DNA of 64,000 bases from Bacteroidales bacterium (GTDB taxonomy: Bacteria > Bacteroidota > Bacteroidia > Bacteroidales > VadinHA17): the NCBI GenBank assembly GCA_034679225.1, contig JAXDBC010000134.1, positions 974 through 64,973 on the forward strand, read 5' to 3'. Below the pieces are notes generated by a model that saw only the letters and a list, made by a program, of their open reading frames with translations, searched no databases and was not told where the DNA came from. Of the stretch, positions 47,534 to 58,385 are shown piece after piece. The first letter of the stretch is position 1, and every line of letters begins with the position of its first letter. The position numbers and the translations under genes were made by a program.

Positions 47534-48694
47534 TTAGATACCGTTTCTTTGAAGAGCCTGGATGTCGAATGCAAGCGAGAACCTGAGTGTTCTGGCAAGC
47601 GGATGGTTCGTCACTGTCGGCATCAGGTAGGAAAAGTCGATGGTAAATCCCTTGAGTTTGAATCCTGCTCCGGCAGTGAAATATTTTCGGTTTCCCTTGC
47701 TCTCGTTCTCATGGAAGTATCCTGCTCTCAGGGCAAACTGGTCACTGTACCAATATTCCAGTCCGATTGATACCATCCACTCACGTAATTCCTCTTTGAA
47801 ACCACCGGGGGCATCATAAAACGACTGGAAAATTGCAACAGGAACGGAAACATTCGGATCTTTTCCAGCGATTATGCTGTCGGGGTTGTGGGAACTGTAT
47901 TTAGGTGGTGTCGGTACAAGAAGCTTGTTAAAATCCAACGCAAGGCTAAGCTTGTTGAATTCATCAAGTTCGATGGTGCCTGATCCGCCAAGCCGGAGGT
48001 TCATAGGGATGAAGTCTGCAGCCATATCCTCGTCGGAGTAACTCATTTTAGAGCCTATGTTTGAAAAATTGATACCCAGGCCAATCTCACCGTCCTTCCC
48101 GAACATGCTGACACTGTTGTTGTAGTATCCGGAAACATCGGCTGCAAAAGATGTACCTGCCTTTGTGGGAACGCCATGAGCATAGGATCCGCCTGTCATG
48201 TTGGAATAGATATACCTGAAAACAACTCCTCCTGAAAAGTTTTCACTAAAAAGTCTTGAATAGCCAAGATCCAGCCCGAATTCATTTGGACTGAAGGTCA
48301 TCTCATGGTTGCCGAAATCGTCGGTAAAAAATACATCGCCAAGTGATGAATACAAAAGGCTTGCACTTATAACCTGTTTGCTGTCAATTCTATAGTAACC
48401 GGCCAGATATCCGATGTTCATATCCGGTACAAGATTCCTCAACCATGGTGAATATGAAATGCCGACACCTGCATTCCCGTCAATAAAAGCATACTTTGCA
48501 GGATTCCAATGCTGACTGTAAACATCCGGAGATGTGGCAACTCCTGCGTCACCCATTGCACCGGCTCTTGAATCCGGTGAAATTGTCAATACCGGTACCA
48601 TTGTACCGATGTTATTCAGTTCCTGAGAATGCAAGAGGGAATTTAGTGGGAAAAGTATTAGAGAAATTATTGACAGGGTAATAGTTTTCTTCAT
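47534..48694 (-). CDS. porV: T9SS outer-membrane shuttle protein PorV
   Basis: Motifs PDSRAGAMGDAGVAT, WNPAKYAF, YSPWL and KGNRKYFTAGAGF. Lies between porU and ispF. Confidence 0.92.
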   Translation of the reverse strand: MKKTITLSIISLILFPLNSLLHSQELNNIGTMVPVLTISPDSRAGAMGDAGVATSPDVYSQHWNPAKYAFIDGNAGVGISYSPWLRNLVPDMNIGYLAGYYRIDSKQVISASLLYSSLGDVFFTDDFGNHEMTFSPNEFGLDLGYSRLFSENFSGGVVFRYIYSNMTGGSYAHGVPTKAGTSFAADVSGYYNNSVSMFGKDGEIGLGINFSNIGSKMSYSDEDMAADFIPMNLRLGGSGTIELDEFNKLSLALDFNKLLVPTPPKYSSHNPDSIIAGKDPNVSVPVAIFQSFYDAPGGFKEELREWMVSIGLEYWYSDQFALRAGYFHENESKGNRKYFTAGAGFKLKGFTIDFSYLMPTVTNHPLARTLRFSLAFDIQALQRNGI

Positions 48695-48715
48695 ATTTTA
48701 TATGTATTGAAAATG

Positions 48716-48723
48716 CAAATATA
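48716..48723 (-). promoter_or_regulatory. -7 element (TATATTTG on minus strand) for porV
   Basis: CAAATATA on the plus strand, 22 nt upstream of the start. Confidence 0.5.
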
Positions 48724-48756
48724 AAACAATTATTTTGCCGACTTATTGTGCAGTTG

Positions 48757-51700
48757 TTAATAAATGATCATTCTTCCTGAAATAGTGGCAGTTTCACCGT
48801 TTTTAGAGACGATTCTCACGGTATAGGGGTATATTCCGCCGGGCAATTTCTGCCCGCCTGAAGAACGGCCGTCCCAGATAATTGGATCAAGCTGGTAACC
48901 TGTTGATTCAATTGATGTTGGCAGTATTTTAACAAGCTGGCCCTTAACATTGAAAATCGACACGCTAACCTCAAGTATGCCATCGGGTCTGTTGTGCTGA
49001 AGGCTGATCCTTGTGTCTTCTCTGAATGGATTTGGATAATTGATCAGGTTTCTGAGAACAAGCTTTTGTTCATCAGCGACGATGAAATGAATAGTTTTTT
49101 CAGATGAATTGTTGAAATTATCCCATGCCTTCAGGGTGAGGCTGTGGTATCCCGGGCTTAATCCCGGGATAGGATACATAACAGTCCCGGAACTGTAACT
49201 ACCGATGTCATTCCGGAAATAACCGTTCAGTACAACCGGGGATGACTTGTTTCCATCAAGCCAGAAAATAAGGTCGTGCCCAATACCTGTCCCGGCAATG
49301 TTTATCCCTCCTGTATCTTCGATCCTTGCAAGGAGTACCGGATTGCTTCCTGCCATCCCGCCGTTTCGGAAAAGGGTGTCGTTCAGGAACAGCCTGATGT
49401 TGGGGCCGGTCTCATCGCTGATGCCGGACTTGCTGAAACCTCCGGTAACGATGTCTGTGAAACTGCCATTCATCTCAGTTAATCCGTCTGACGCGTAGTA
49501 AACTATTTTTCCCTGACCGGGGGCATAGTCAATATCCCGTGGGACAATGAAGCTAAACCGGAATCTGCCTTTTCCCGTTTTGGTTTTACCGGAAAAAAGG
49601 ATGGCAGTTCTTTCTGTAAAGTCCATTTTTTGGCCTCCGTCATTTGCAAGGGTTTCATTCAGCACTGGTTTTCCGAAAACGGTCATTGAAACGATACCGT
49701 TGAAGCTTTCTGCCTGATTCCCTGAGATATTTTCCAGATGTCCCGAAATTGTTACCAATGAAAGAGCTTTAAGCGTATCGGCATATTCTGCAACAGGGAC
49801 ATTATTGATTGAATCTGTCACCACCCTGCCTCCCCATGGCCATGCAAGCCTTAAGGCCGGATCGCCGAGCAGCATGAAATTTCTTTTGTTGGTATTTGAT
49901 CCTGACATGTATTTTGCTGTTCTTATTATGTCGCCCAGCCTCATGGATCTGCCCTCTTCATCCCTGTTGAAAGCGCTTTCAAAGATATTCCTGTTCAGGA
50001 TATAATTGGGTGCGGAATATACAAGCCTGGTGGTTGACATCAATGCAATTGCCCCGCCTCCGGGATGAAACAGGATTTGTTCTCCCGACGACTGTTTCTC
50101 TACCACTGTAGCTGTCAATGGGTTTGATGAAATATCATCGAAGCGGCTAAATTCGCAGGTGGCGGTTATAAAGAGAGGCAGCTTCTCATTGTTTCGCCAG
50201 CTCGTAATATCTTCGGGTGTTAGGATTCTTTCATGGGCAAGGCTGGTTTCGTTTCCATGCCCGATATAGTTGACAATAAGTGCTCCTGAATTTATCCGGT
50301 CGTTTATTGCCCTTGTGGCGTCAGGATAGAACTGGCCGGTTGATGTCGTTACCTGCCTGAAAGCATCAATATAGATCTTGTCAGCAACAGCCCAGGGGGC
50401 CCGTTCTTCTGCTGTTGCAGCAAGTTTCTCGGTATCAGACATATGAATATTCGCATCCTCGTCGTCCGCGATAAAGCAGAGCACATTTTTCCAGTCAGCC
50501 TTATCCATTTCCTTCATGTAGTTTGCTATTTTCTTAACCACTATCCGGGCTTCGGCAGTATCCGAAACGGGTAACCTTCCAATTCCAATATCTTCGCTTC
50601 CTGTTTCCTCTCCTTCACCGTAGTCGAGCAATCCGAAAAAATCATCAGATGTGAAAGAAGAGACAGTGACATTGGAATTTTGTGTCTGGTAAGTAGGGAT
50701 GAAGCTTGTATTCCCGGGTGGAGGAGTCATGTTGTCATACGACCCGTCGCCGAACAAAAGCAGGTATCTCAATTCGCGTTCGCTGTAATTTTGTTGCAGA
50801 TACTTCATTCTCAAGAAATTTCTGATGGCAACGATGTCGGGAATACCGCCTGAGAACTCGTTGTATATCTGCTGTGGTGTTGTTACCAGAGTCTCCAGGC
50901 CACTGTCCTCCCTGTGAAGTTCCGCCAGGATCAGGGCATAATTATAGAACAGGGGGTGAACGACTATTATCATATCTGCCTCTGACGAGCTGTGAAGGTT
51001 CTGGTTGGGAAGCTGAGCGGTATTGATGTCAGGGATTATAGCCTTATCAGGACTGAAGGCAATGAATGTTTTCAGGGAATCGGTTTTGCTTGTGAACCTT
51101 ATTTCATTAGCACTGAATGTGTGTCTCATTTCCACCGGTGCTGCAGGGTCGCTTACATCCCAGATGACTGCATCGCCGGATGGGGCAGATAATACGAATT
51201 CCGTGACTGAGTCTTCGCCAACCGACCGGGAATCGGTAAAAGAAGAAAACTTCCCGTTGAAATTATTCTTTTTTCGCCCCTGAATAAGGATATAATCGAT
51301 CCATCCCCTTGCCGATATTTCCCCGTTATTTGAATATGAAATTCCGAAAACCGGCTCTGACGTACGGGGATATGTTTCTCCGGTCATTTCAGCTGTTCTG
51401 GCATAAATACCCGTGGTTGATGAAATATTGACACCATCGACATCAAGGCTTGAAAGCCCGGATACTGCATCACTGAAGATAAAACTTGTTGTTTTTGAGG
51501 CTCTGGCAAGTACTCTGATTTTATATCTGATCTTTTCGCTTGTCAGGATATCGCTAAACCCCGGATTTATTTCAATTTTTCTTCCGGCTCCGGTTGGCTG
51601 ATACCATTCCCTGCCGGAGTGAAGTATGTTTTCTGATTCAATATCATGAACGAACAGGGCGTCCGATGATTCGGAAAGAATGTCCGGCTGCCGGGAAGGC

Positions 51701-52173
51701 AATTCCGACATTTGTATTCTTTTACCCGGAGTCAGTCCCGAGCTTAAGAAATAAAAAGACGTATCAGAATAATAATGCCTTTGGTGAGAGAACTCATCCG
51801 AAGAATGATCGTACAGCCATCTGCCGGTGCCTTTACCATAGAACAGAAGATAGTCTCCCTCATTGAAAATCCCGTCGCTGCCCGTGTTTGTAAAAATTGC
51901 TATTTCTTCAAGGTCGTCGGGATGAGAGCCGTCGTTGTAGAAGGACAATTGGCCGTGGTTGTTGCCGAATATCCTTGGATTTGAAGGAAACTCGAGTCCG
52001 ATGTTCTTAAGTGTGGAATAATCAATTCTGTATATATTGTCTTCAGTAACGGGGATTTTGAACCATATTCCTGATGCAAGTACGGATGAATGAGCATATT
52101 CCTGTGAAATTCCGGGTACGCTCAGGATAGTAAAGAAGATGGTCAGGCACTCTATTTTGAGAAGATTTCTCAT
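48757..52173 (-). CDS. porU: T9SS sortase PorU (C25 peptidase)
   Basis: Motifs SVLASGIWFKI, YNEFSGG, YLLLFGDGS, SDDFFG, catalytic GHG and ATCEF, LLGDP, AWDNFNN and CTD NYPNPF. Confidence 0.93.
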   Translation of the reverse strand: MRNLLKIECLTIFFTILSVPGISQEYAHSSVLASGIWFKIPVTEDNIYRIDYSTLKNIGLEFPSNPRIFGNNHGQLSFYNDGSHPDDLEEIAIFTNTGSDGIFNEGDYLLFYGKGTGRWLYDHSSDEFSHQRHYYSDTSFYFLSSGLTPGKRIQMSELPSRQPDILSESSDALFVHDIESENILHSGREWYQPTGAGRKIEINPGFSDILTSEKIRYKIRVLARASKTTSFIFSDAVSGLSSLDVDGVNISSTTGIYARTAEMTGETYPRTSEPVFGISYSNNGEISARGWIDYILIQGRKKNNFNGKFSSFTDSRSVGEDSVTEFVLSAPSGDAVIWDVSDPAAPVEMRHTFSANEIRFTSKTDSLKTFIAFSPDKAIIPDINTAQLPNQNLHSSSEADMIIVVHPLFYNYALILAELHREDSGLETLVTTPQQIYNEFSGGIPDIVAIRNFLRMKYLQQNYSERELRYLLLFGDGSYDNMTPPPGNTSFIPTYQTQNSNVTVSSFTSDDFFGLLDYGEGEETGSEDIGIGRLPVSDTAEARIVVKKIANYMKEMDKADWKNVLCFIADDEDANIHMSDTEKLAATAEERAPWAVADKIYIDAFRQVTTSTGQFYPDATRAINDRINSGALIVNYIGHGNETSLAHERILTPEDITSWRNNEKLPLFITATCEFSRFDDISSNPLTATVVEKQSSGEQILFHPGGGAIALMSTTRLVYSAPNYILNRNIFESAFNRDEEGRSMRLGDIIRTAKYMSGSNTNKRNFMLLGDPALRLAWPWGGRVVTDSINNVPVAEYADTLKALSLVTISGHLENISGNQAESFNGIVSMTVFGKPVLNETLANDGGQKMDFTERTAILFSGKTKTGKGRFRFSFIVPRDIDYAPGQGKIVYYASDGLTEMNGSFTDIVTGGFSKSGISDETGPNIRLFLNDTLFRNGGMAGSNPVLLARIEDTGGINIAGTGIGHDLIFWLDGNKSSPVVLNGYFRNDIGSYSSGTVMYPIPGLSPGYHSLTLKAWDNFNNSSEKTIHFIVADEQKLVLRNLINYPNPFREDTRISLQHNRPDGILEVSVSIFNVKGQLVKILPTSIESTGYQLDPIIWDGRSSGGQKLPGGIYPYTVRIVSKNGETATISGRMIIY

Positions 52174-52182
52174 TATGACAGA

Positions 52183-52190
52183 CAAAGATA
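52183..52190 (-). promoter_or_regulatory. -7 element (TATCTTTG on minus strand) for porU
   Basis: CAAAGATA on the plus strand. Its position supports ATG 52173 as the start. Confidence 0.5.
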
Positions 52191-52284
52191 GAAATGTAGT
52201 TAAGGTTTTTGGTTTATTTTGCAGATTGAAATATGTTGTGAAGGAAATTACAAAGGTGCATAAACTTTTGCGACCTGATTCCAG

Positions 52285-53253
52285 ATGAAAAGAGCCACCC
52301 GGGTCATATTATTGCTTTTAATTGTGTTTGGTGAAACGGCACAAAGCCAGGAAACCTGGTACGGACCGGGTTATCAGACCATGGTGATGAATAATCCTGC
52401 CTTTGCCGGGAGTGAGTACGACGGGACCATGAGGCTGTCGTATATGAATTTCTATCCGGGGCACAATTATAATTTTCATTCTTTTTATATTTCCTATGAC
52501 TCCTATGTGGAATCTCTTCACGGTGGTGCGGGAATATTCCTGGCCAATGATCACATAGGGAATATCATGAACGATCTGAGAGGCGGACTGACTTATTCCT
52601 ATTTTCTTCAGGCAGGAAGGGATCTTTACCTGAACGGAGGTCTGTCGGCATCTTTTTTCAGGCGGGGATTCAGTTTCAGTGATGCAGTGTTCCCTGATCA
52701 GATTGATGCAATGGGGCGAATTACCCTTCCCGGAAACGACCTTACCGACAGTCAGAACCGGACAGTATTCGACGTGGGAACGGGAATGATGTTCATTTTT
52801 AAAAACATTGCAGGCGGACTGGCTGTTACGCATCTGTCGCGGCCCGATCTTAACGGAAAGGGATCTTCTGAACAAAGACTTGAGAGAAAACTTTTTATTC
52901 ATCTTACAGCGGATTTTGGACTAAAGGGATGGAGCCAGTTAAGGCTGGTCCCGGCAGGGAGTTTTGAAATGCAGGGAGATTATCATTCATTGACGGCAGG
53001 GATGGTGGTTGAGAGCAATTATCTGTCGGTCAGCGCTATGTTTATCAAGGGAAACTCATTCGGGCTTGATTGTCAGGCCGGATTTGCAGTAAAACTTGAA
53101 AGGATGTCGCTTTTTTACAGTTACAGGTTCAATATTGCTTCAGAAAACCGGGCTATGCCATTTTCACTGATGCATCAGACCGGTCTGAATTTCAGTTTCA
53201 ACAATGTTGAAAAAAGAATTAAAGGGAGAACAATAAATGCACCTGATACGTAG
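52285..53253 (+). CDS. PorP/SprF family T9SS beta-barrel protein
   Basis: Motifs NPAFAG, G.GIFLAND, FDVGTG, HLSRP and YSYRF. Divergent from porU. Confidence 0.8.
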   Translation: MKRATRVILLLLIVFGETAQSQETWYGPGYQTMVMNNPAFAGSEYDGTMRLSYMNFYPGHNYNFHSFYISYDSYVESLHGGAGIFLANDHIGNIMNDLRGGLTYSYFLQAGRDLYLNGGLSASFFRRGFSFSDAVFPDQIDAMGRITLPGNDLTDSQNRTVFDVGTGMMFIFKNIAGGLAVTHLSRPDLNGKGSSEQRLERKLFIHLTADFGLKGWSQLRLVPAGSFEMQGDYHSLTAGMVVESNYLSVSAMFIKGNSFGLDCQAGFAVKLERMSLFYSYRFNIASENRAMPFSLMHQTGLNFSFNNVEKRIKGRTINAPDT

Positions 53254-53329
53254 TTATATTGGTGTCCAAAAAAATATTAACGGAGAACGTGTTGAGGAAA
53301 ATTCTTGAATGCATTTAAATTAATGAGTT

Positions 53330-54817
53330 ATGTATAGATTTAGGATGTTGTCGATCATGTTGATTTCGGCTCTGGTTCTCTTTTCATGCAAGGGGGGCAA
53401 GAGGGGCGATTCAAATGTATCACCTACTACAGGGTGGAATTACAATGATCCTGACAATGGAGGCTTTGAAGTTGCCATCGGCGCCGAGCAGAAAACCGGA
53501 CCTGGCCTTGTACTTATAGAAGGCGGCCGCTTTACAATGGGACGTGTTGAGCAGGATGTGATGTTCGACTGGAACAATATTCCCAGGACAGTCACAGTAT
53601 CTTCATTTTACATGGATGAGACTGAAGTAAGGAACGTCGATTACCGTGAATACCTGTTCTGGCTTAAGAGAGTTTACAAGGATTATCCTGAGGTATTCAG
53701 GAGGGCACTGCCTGACACACTGGTTTGGCGAAGCCCGATGGGATTCAACGATCCTTACGTCCAGTATTATTTCCGGCACCCTGCCTATAACAACTATCCT
53801 GTTGTAGGCGTAAGCTGGGTTAAGGCAAATGATTACTGTCTATGGAGAACCGACAGGGTAAATGAGCAGCTTCTTATTGACGAGGGCGAACTCAACCCCG
53901 ATCCCAACCAGCTTAATGAAAAGAACTTCAATACCGAAGCCTATCTTGCAGGCCAGTATGAAGGAGTTGTAAACAGGTTAAGGGAGAGTCTGAACCCCAA
54001 TCAGACAGAAAGGCGCACAACCTTTGAGGATGGCTTGCTTCTTCCTGCCTACAGGCTTCCGACCGAAGCCGAGTGGGAGTTTGCTGCATACGCTCTCAGG
54101 GGCAACACTTATCAGGAACGCATTTATGAAAGAAGGATCTATCCGTGGGATGGTCATAATGTAAGGAACGCAGCCAAGAAATACCGCGGTGAGATGATGG
54201 CCAATTTTGTTCGAGGAAGGGGTGACATGATGGGAGTAGCCGGAAGTCTTAACGACAACGGAAGCATAACTACCGACGTAAAAGCTTACTGGCCGAACGA
54301 TTATGGTCTTTATTGCATGGCAGGCAACGTTAACGAATGGGTTCAGGATGTTTACAGGCCTATGACATCCCAGGATGTTGATGGTTTCAATCCATACAGG
54401 GGCAACGTGTTTACTGACCTCAGACGGGATGCCAACGGGCAAGTGGTTGCCAAAGACCGGCTCGGACGGCTTTATATCGATACCGTCAAGGATGCGGACG
54501 TTGCAAACAGGTATAATTATCAGAGAGGCGACTACAGGAATTACAGGGATGGGGATCTTGCATCATCCATTGTGAGCGGTTCCGACTGGACCGTTGATGA
54601 CAACAGGCAGGGATCGTCAAGGATGTATATCCAGGAAGAAAAGGAATATTATACACTCATAAATGATAACGCCAGGGTTTACAAGGGTGGTTCATGGAAA
54701 GACAGGGCATACTGGTTGAATCCGTCCACGCGCAGATTCCTCGATCAGGAGAGCAGTCGTGACGACATTGGTTTCAGATGTGCAATGATTAGAGTAGGTA
54801 GCCCGTCGGGACTATAG
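53330..54817 (+). CDS. gldJ: Gliding-motility lipoprotein GldJ (FGE/SUMF1-like fold)
   Basis: Lipobox LFSC and motifs SPTTGWNYN, PVVGVSW, RLPTEAEWE, MAGNVNEWV and GFRCAM. Position between porU and murF matches gldJ synteny. Confidence 0.8.
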   Translation: MYRFRMLSIMLISALVLFSCKGGKRGDSNVSPTTGWNYNDPDNGGFEVAIGAEQKTGPGLVLIEGGRFTMGRVEQDVMFDWNNIPRTVTVSSFYMDETEVRNVDYREYLFWLKRVYKDYPEVFRRALPDTLVWRSPMGFNDPYVQYYFRHPAYNNYPVVGVSWVKANDYCLWRTDRVNEQLLIDEGELNPDPNQLNEKNFNTEAYLAGQYEGVVNRLRESLNPNQTERRTTFEDGLLLPAYRLPTEAEWEFAAYALRGNTYQERIYERRIYPWDGHNVRNAAKKYRGEMMANFVRGRGDMMGVAGSLNDNGSITTDVKAYWPNDYGLYCMAGNVNEWVQDVYRPMTSQDVDGFNPYRGNVFTDLRRDANGQVVAKDRLGRLYIDTVKDADVANRYNYQRGDYRNYRDGDLASSIVSGSDWTVDDNRQGSSRMYIQEEKEYYTLINDNARVYKGGSWKDRAYWLNPSTRRFLDQESSRDDIGFRCAMIRVGSPSGL

Positions 54818-54838
54818 GCTAATAAAATATTTTTATAT

Positions 54839-54878
54839 AAATTGCCTCATTATGTATTCCTAATGAGGCAATTTTTTT
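54839..54878 (+). terminator. Intrinsic terminator after gldJ
   Basis: AAATTGCCTCATTA-TGTATTCC-TAATGAGGCAATTT followed by a T run. Confidence 0.8.
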
Positions 54879-54881
54879 ATC

Positions 54882-56177
54882 ATGTATACTGATCAGCTTT
54901 ACAGGATATTCCGGGAGGAGTCTTCAGGAGTGTCAACAGATACCCGCACGCTTAAGAAAGGGCAGTTGTTTTTTGCTCTCTGGGGTCAGAATTTCAACGG
55001 GAATGAATATGCAGCAGAAGCTCTTGACAAGGGAGCCTCGTATGCCGTCATAGATGATCCGGCCTACGAGACTGACAGGACAATTCTTGTGGATGATTGC
55101 CTGATGGAACTTCAGGGCCTTGCCCAGCATTACAGGAAAATGCTGGGAGTCCCTGTGCTGGCAATAACGGGAACCAACGGAAAAACAACGACCAAGGAGC
55201 TTATAGCGGAGATAATGTCGAAAAAGCTCAGGGTTCATTACACGAAAGGAAACCTGAACAATGAGATAGGATTACCCCTTACCATCCTGTCTGCACCTGA
55301 TAATGTTCAAATGATGATTCTCGAAATGGGTGCGAGTCATTCGGGTGAGATCCGGACATTGTGCAATGTTGCCCGCCCCGATTATGGAATAATAACAAAC
55401 ATCGGGATCGCCCATTTTGAAGGTTTCGGTTCTCTGGAAGGAGTGCTCAAAGCGAAGACGGAGTTATATGAGCATCTCAGAAAAATAAACGGCATTGCCA
55501 TTTATGATGATAGAAATCCTCACCTGACGAGGAAGATTTACAGGCTTGTAAGCAGGGGAGTTCCCTATTCTCATCCCACTGGTGTCGAACTGTCGGTTGA
55601 AGCATTGAAGTCGGAGATGAATCTCGCGGTAAGGATCAGGTATCTTCACAAGGTATATGATATTCAGACGGCTCTTTTCGGGGAATACAACCTGGATAAT
55701 GTCAGGGCAGCTGTTGCAACCGGGCTTTTCCTGGAAGTAGGCATTGAAGATATCGTGGAAGCTATCGGAAAATACCAGCCCGGCAACAACAGGTCACAGG
55801 TTAAGACAACTGATAAGAATACTCTTATATGCGATTCCTACAATGCAAATCCAACCAGTATGAGAGCTGCCCTGAAATCATTTTCGGAGCTTAAGGCCGG
55901 CAGAAGGGTTCTTATACTGGGTGATATGCTGGAACTTGGTGACAGGAGTGAGGAGGAACACCTCAAGCTGCTGAATGAGATGAAGCAGGTGAAATATGAA
56001 AAAATATTTCTTGTCGGTACTGAATTCGGAAGAGTCGCGGGTGATCAGGGATTTGAGTTATTCAGTGATGTAGCTCAGCTCAGGGAGCATCTAAGGAATA
56101 ATCCGGTGACGGGAAGCCTGATCCTGATCAAGGGATCGAGGGGGATGACCCTGGAAAAGGTTTATGAGTTGCTATAG
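54882..56177 (+). CDS. murF: UDP-MurNAc-tripeptide--D-Ala-D-Ala ligase
   Basis: Motifs STDTR, ITGTNGKTTTKE, GNLNNEIG, EMGA, DSYNANP, GDMLELG and KGSRG. Confidence 0.96.
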   Translation: MYTDQLYRIFREESSGVSTDTRTLKKGQLFFALWGQNFNGNEYAAEALDKGASYAVIDDPAYETDRTILVDDCLMELQGLAQHYRKMLGVPVLAITGTNGKTTTKELIAEIMSKKLRVHYTKGNLNNEIGLPLTILSAPDNVQMMILEMGASHSGEIRTLCNVARPDYGIITNIGIAHFEGFGSLEGVLKAKTELYEHLRKINGIAIYDDRNPHLTRKIYRLVSRGVPYSHPTGVELSVEALKSEMNLAVRIRYLHKVYDIQTALFGEYNLDNVRAAVATGLFLEVGIEDIVEAIGKYQPGNNRSQVKTTDKNTLICDSYNANPTSMRAALKSFSELKAGRRVLILGDMLELGDRSEEEHLKLLNEMKQVKYEKIFLVGTEFGRVAGDQGFELFSDVAQLREHLRNNPVTGSLILIKGSRGMTLEKVYELL

Positions 56178-57352
56178 CTGTCTGCCGTATTGCCGGAGCC
56201 GGTATTGGAGAAGCTGATATTTATAACAACAATCTCCGGTCTGCTGCCTATTCTTACACGGGGGCCCCAAAGCCCGAAACCGGAGGATACAATAAAATGG
56301 GTATTCCCTTTTTTCATGTAGCCGTGGCTAAGTTCGTAATGCCTTGAGGTGATCAGGTTAAGGGGCCACATCTGGCCATTGTGGGTGTGACCTGAAAGCT
56401 GAAGATCCACCCCGTTATTGACGGCATCGTCGAGATGATAGGGCTGATGGTCAAGTAGAATAACCGGTTTTGATCTGTCAGCACCGGCCAAAAGCTGAGC
56501 CAGGGGAAGGCGTTCCTTCCCGAAAAACCGTCTTGAATCCCTGTCAAGGCGGCCTGCTATCTGAATCCCGCCTTCAATGCTTATCACTTCATCCTTTAAT
56601 ACTCTGATCCCTTTGCTCTCTATGTAGGGAATAGTTCTGGAGCCACCGCCAATAAATTCGTGATTCCCGGTAATAGCAAACGTGCCTCCCTTACACTGAG
56701 GACAGCTAAAGTATTGAAGCAAATCTCCCCTCAGAACAGGTCCGATCTCTCCGTCCACAATGTCGCCAAGAAGTAACACGAGGTCCGGCTCAGTCTTTTT
56801 CAGTAATAAAGAAAGTTTCTTCATACTTCTCTTCCTGATAATGCTCCCGAGATGGATGTCGGATACGGCGGCAATCCTCATTTCCTTAAGATCTCCCGCC
56901 GCTTTGTTTATCTGAATAGAGTATTCTGTTGCCCTGGGCGAAAGAGCATTTATAAAACCACCTGCAATGAGGAGAAAGCCGGCAGCGAGGGTTGCCAGGT
57001 ATGACCATTTCTTAAAAGCTGTGATATTAGTGCTGTTGATGATACCCGTCAGGCGCAGGGGAATGGAAATTATGTCTGAAAGGAAAAGGAACAGGAAACC
57101 GTAAAGCAGAAAGGCCAGCCAGAAACCGCCAATGATATTAAGCACATCGGAAAAAACTGTGGAATGCCTCGACTCCAGAATTTTGCCTGCAATAAAGGAT
57201 AATGCAAAAATCAGGAAGATAGCGAAATACAGGATCCTGTTCTTCTGGAATGCCTGAATGGCTCCATATCCCTTTATGAATATATAGATATTTGCAAAAG
57301 AGTAAATAGCGATGACAATGGTAAAGAATATCATAATCTGGTGAGATTTCAT
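56162..57352 (-). CDS. Membrane-bound metallophosphoesterase (YkuE/YaeI-like)
   Basis: Four TMs and motifs SDIHLG, GDIVD, GNHE, HQP and GHTHNGQ. Start taken at ATG 57352. Confidence 0.9.
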   Translation of the reverse strand: MKSHQIMIFFTIVIAIYSFANIYIFIKGYGAIQAFQKNRILYFAIFLIFALSFIAGKILESRHSTVFSDVLNIIGGFWLAFLLYGFLFLFLSDIISIPLRLTGIINSTNITAFKKWSYLATLAAGFLLIAGGFINALSPRATEYSIQINKAAGDLKEMRIAAVSDIHLGSIIRKRSMKKLSLLLKKTEPDLVLLLGDIVDGEIGPVLRGDLLQYFSCPQCKGGTFAITGNHEFIGGGSRTIPYIESKGIRVLKDEVISIEGGIQIAGRLDRDSRRFFGKERLPLAQLLAGADRSKPVILLDHQPYHLDDAVNNGVDLQLSGHTHNGQMWPLNLITSRHYELSHGYMKKGNTHFIVSSGFGLWGPRVRIGSRPEIVVINISFSNTGSGNTADSYSNS

Positions 57353-57362
57353 ACCTTTATTA

Positions 57363-58385
57363 TTATAGCCCAAGTTTTGAGAATAGCTTTTGGCCTCCCA
57401 GATAAAACCGGTAAACAATGCTTATGTTCAAAAGGCAATCGTCACAATTCCCTATGCGGAGTGTTTTGACTGTTTCTCTTTTTACCCGGAGCGAATCAAT
57501 ACTTTTATTAAAATCCCCGTGGGCATTTCTGACAGATTTCAGGATTCCCGGCACGCCCTTGAACAATAATATCACCGCGGCAAGGCCGTCAAGGATTTTT
57601 CTTATGAATATGGTCTTTCTGAGTCTGTATTCAGGCAGATTTTTATATAGCAGAAAGAGGTTATTTCTGAAATTCAGGTAGGTTTTTCTTTCTGAATTAT
57701 ATGGAAGTGTTCCTCCCCCAACATGATATATTACCGATTCCGGAACACAGGCAACACTGTACCCGGCCAAATGGAACCTCCAGCACAGGTCAATCTCCTC
57801 CATATGAGCGAAGAAATCCTCGTCAAATCCTCCGCATCTTTTCCAGGCATCGGAACGGACCATCATGCATGCACCTGAAGCCCAGAATATGTCGGCAGTT
57901 GTGTCATACTGACCTTCATCCTTTTCAATATGGTCAAAGATCCGTCCCCTGCAGAATGTATATCCATATCTGTCAATATACCCTCCTGCTGCTCCCGCGT
58001 ATTCAAAATGGTCCCTTTTATAGTACGATTTTATTTTCGGCTGGCAGGCAGCTGTTGCCGGATTGTTATCCATGTATTCAACCAGCGGTCCGAGCCATCC
58101 TTCAGTGACCTCTACATCAGAATTCAACAGAACAAAATATCTGGCGTCTATCCGCGATAAGGCGAGATTATAGCCGCCGGCAAATCCATAGTTTTTTCCT
58201 AATTGGATTATCTCTGTGATTCCCTGATTTCCGGCTGCCCATTCCCATGAACCGTCAGTTGATCCGTTGTCGGCAATATATAATCTGGTATCGTTGCTGA
58301 TGGAATGCTTTATAGTAGTCTCCAGGAATTTCTGAAGCCATTCCATTCCATTCCAGTTGAGTATTACTATAGCAGTTTTAAGCAT
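57363..58385 (-). CDS. Glycosyltransferase family 2
   Basis: Motifs ILNWNG, DNGSTD, NYGFAGGYN, LLNSD and EEIDLCWR. Start taken at ATG 58385. Confidence 0.9.
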   Translation of the reverse strand: MLKTAIVILNWNGMEWLQKFLETTIKHSISNDTRLYIADNGSTDGSWEWAAGNQGITEIIQLGKNYGFAGGYNLALSRIDARYFVLLNSDVEVTEGWLGPLVEYMDNNPATAACQPKIKSYYKRDHFEYAGAAGGYIDRYGYTFCRGRIFDHIEKDEGQYDTTADIFWASGACMMVRSDAWKRCGGFDEDFFAHMEEIDLCWRFHLAGYSVACVPESVIYHVGGGTLPYNSERKTYLNFRNNLFLLYKNLPEYRLRKTIFIRKILDGLAAVILLFKGVPGILKSVRNAHGDFNKSIDSLRVKRETVKTLRIGNCDDCLLNISIVYRFYLGGQKLFSKLGL

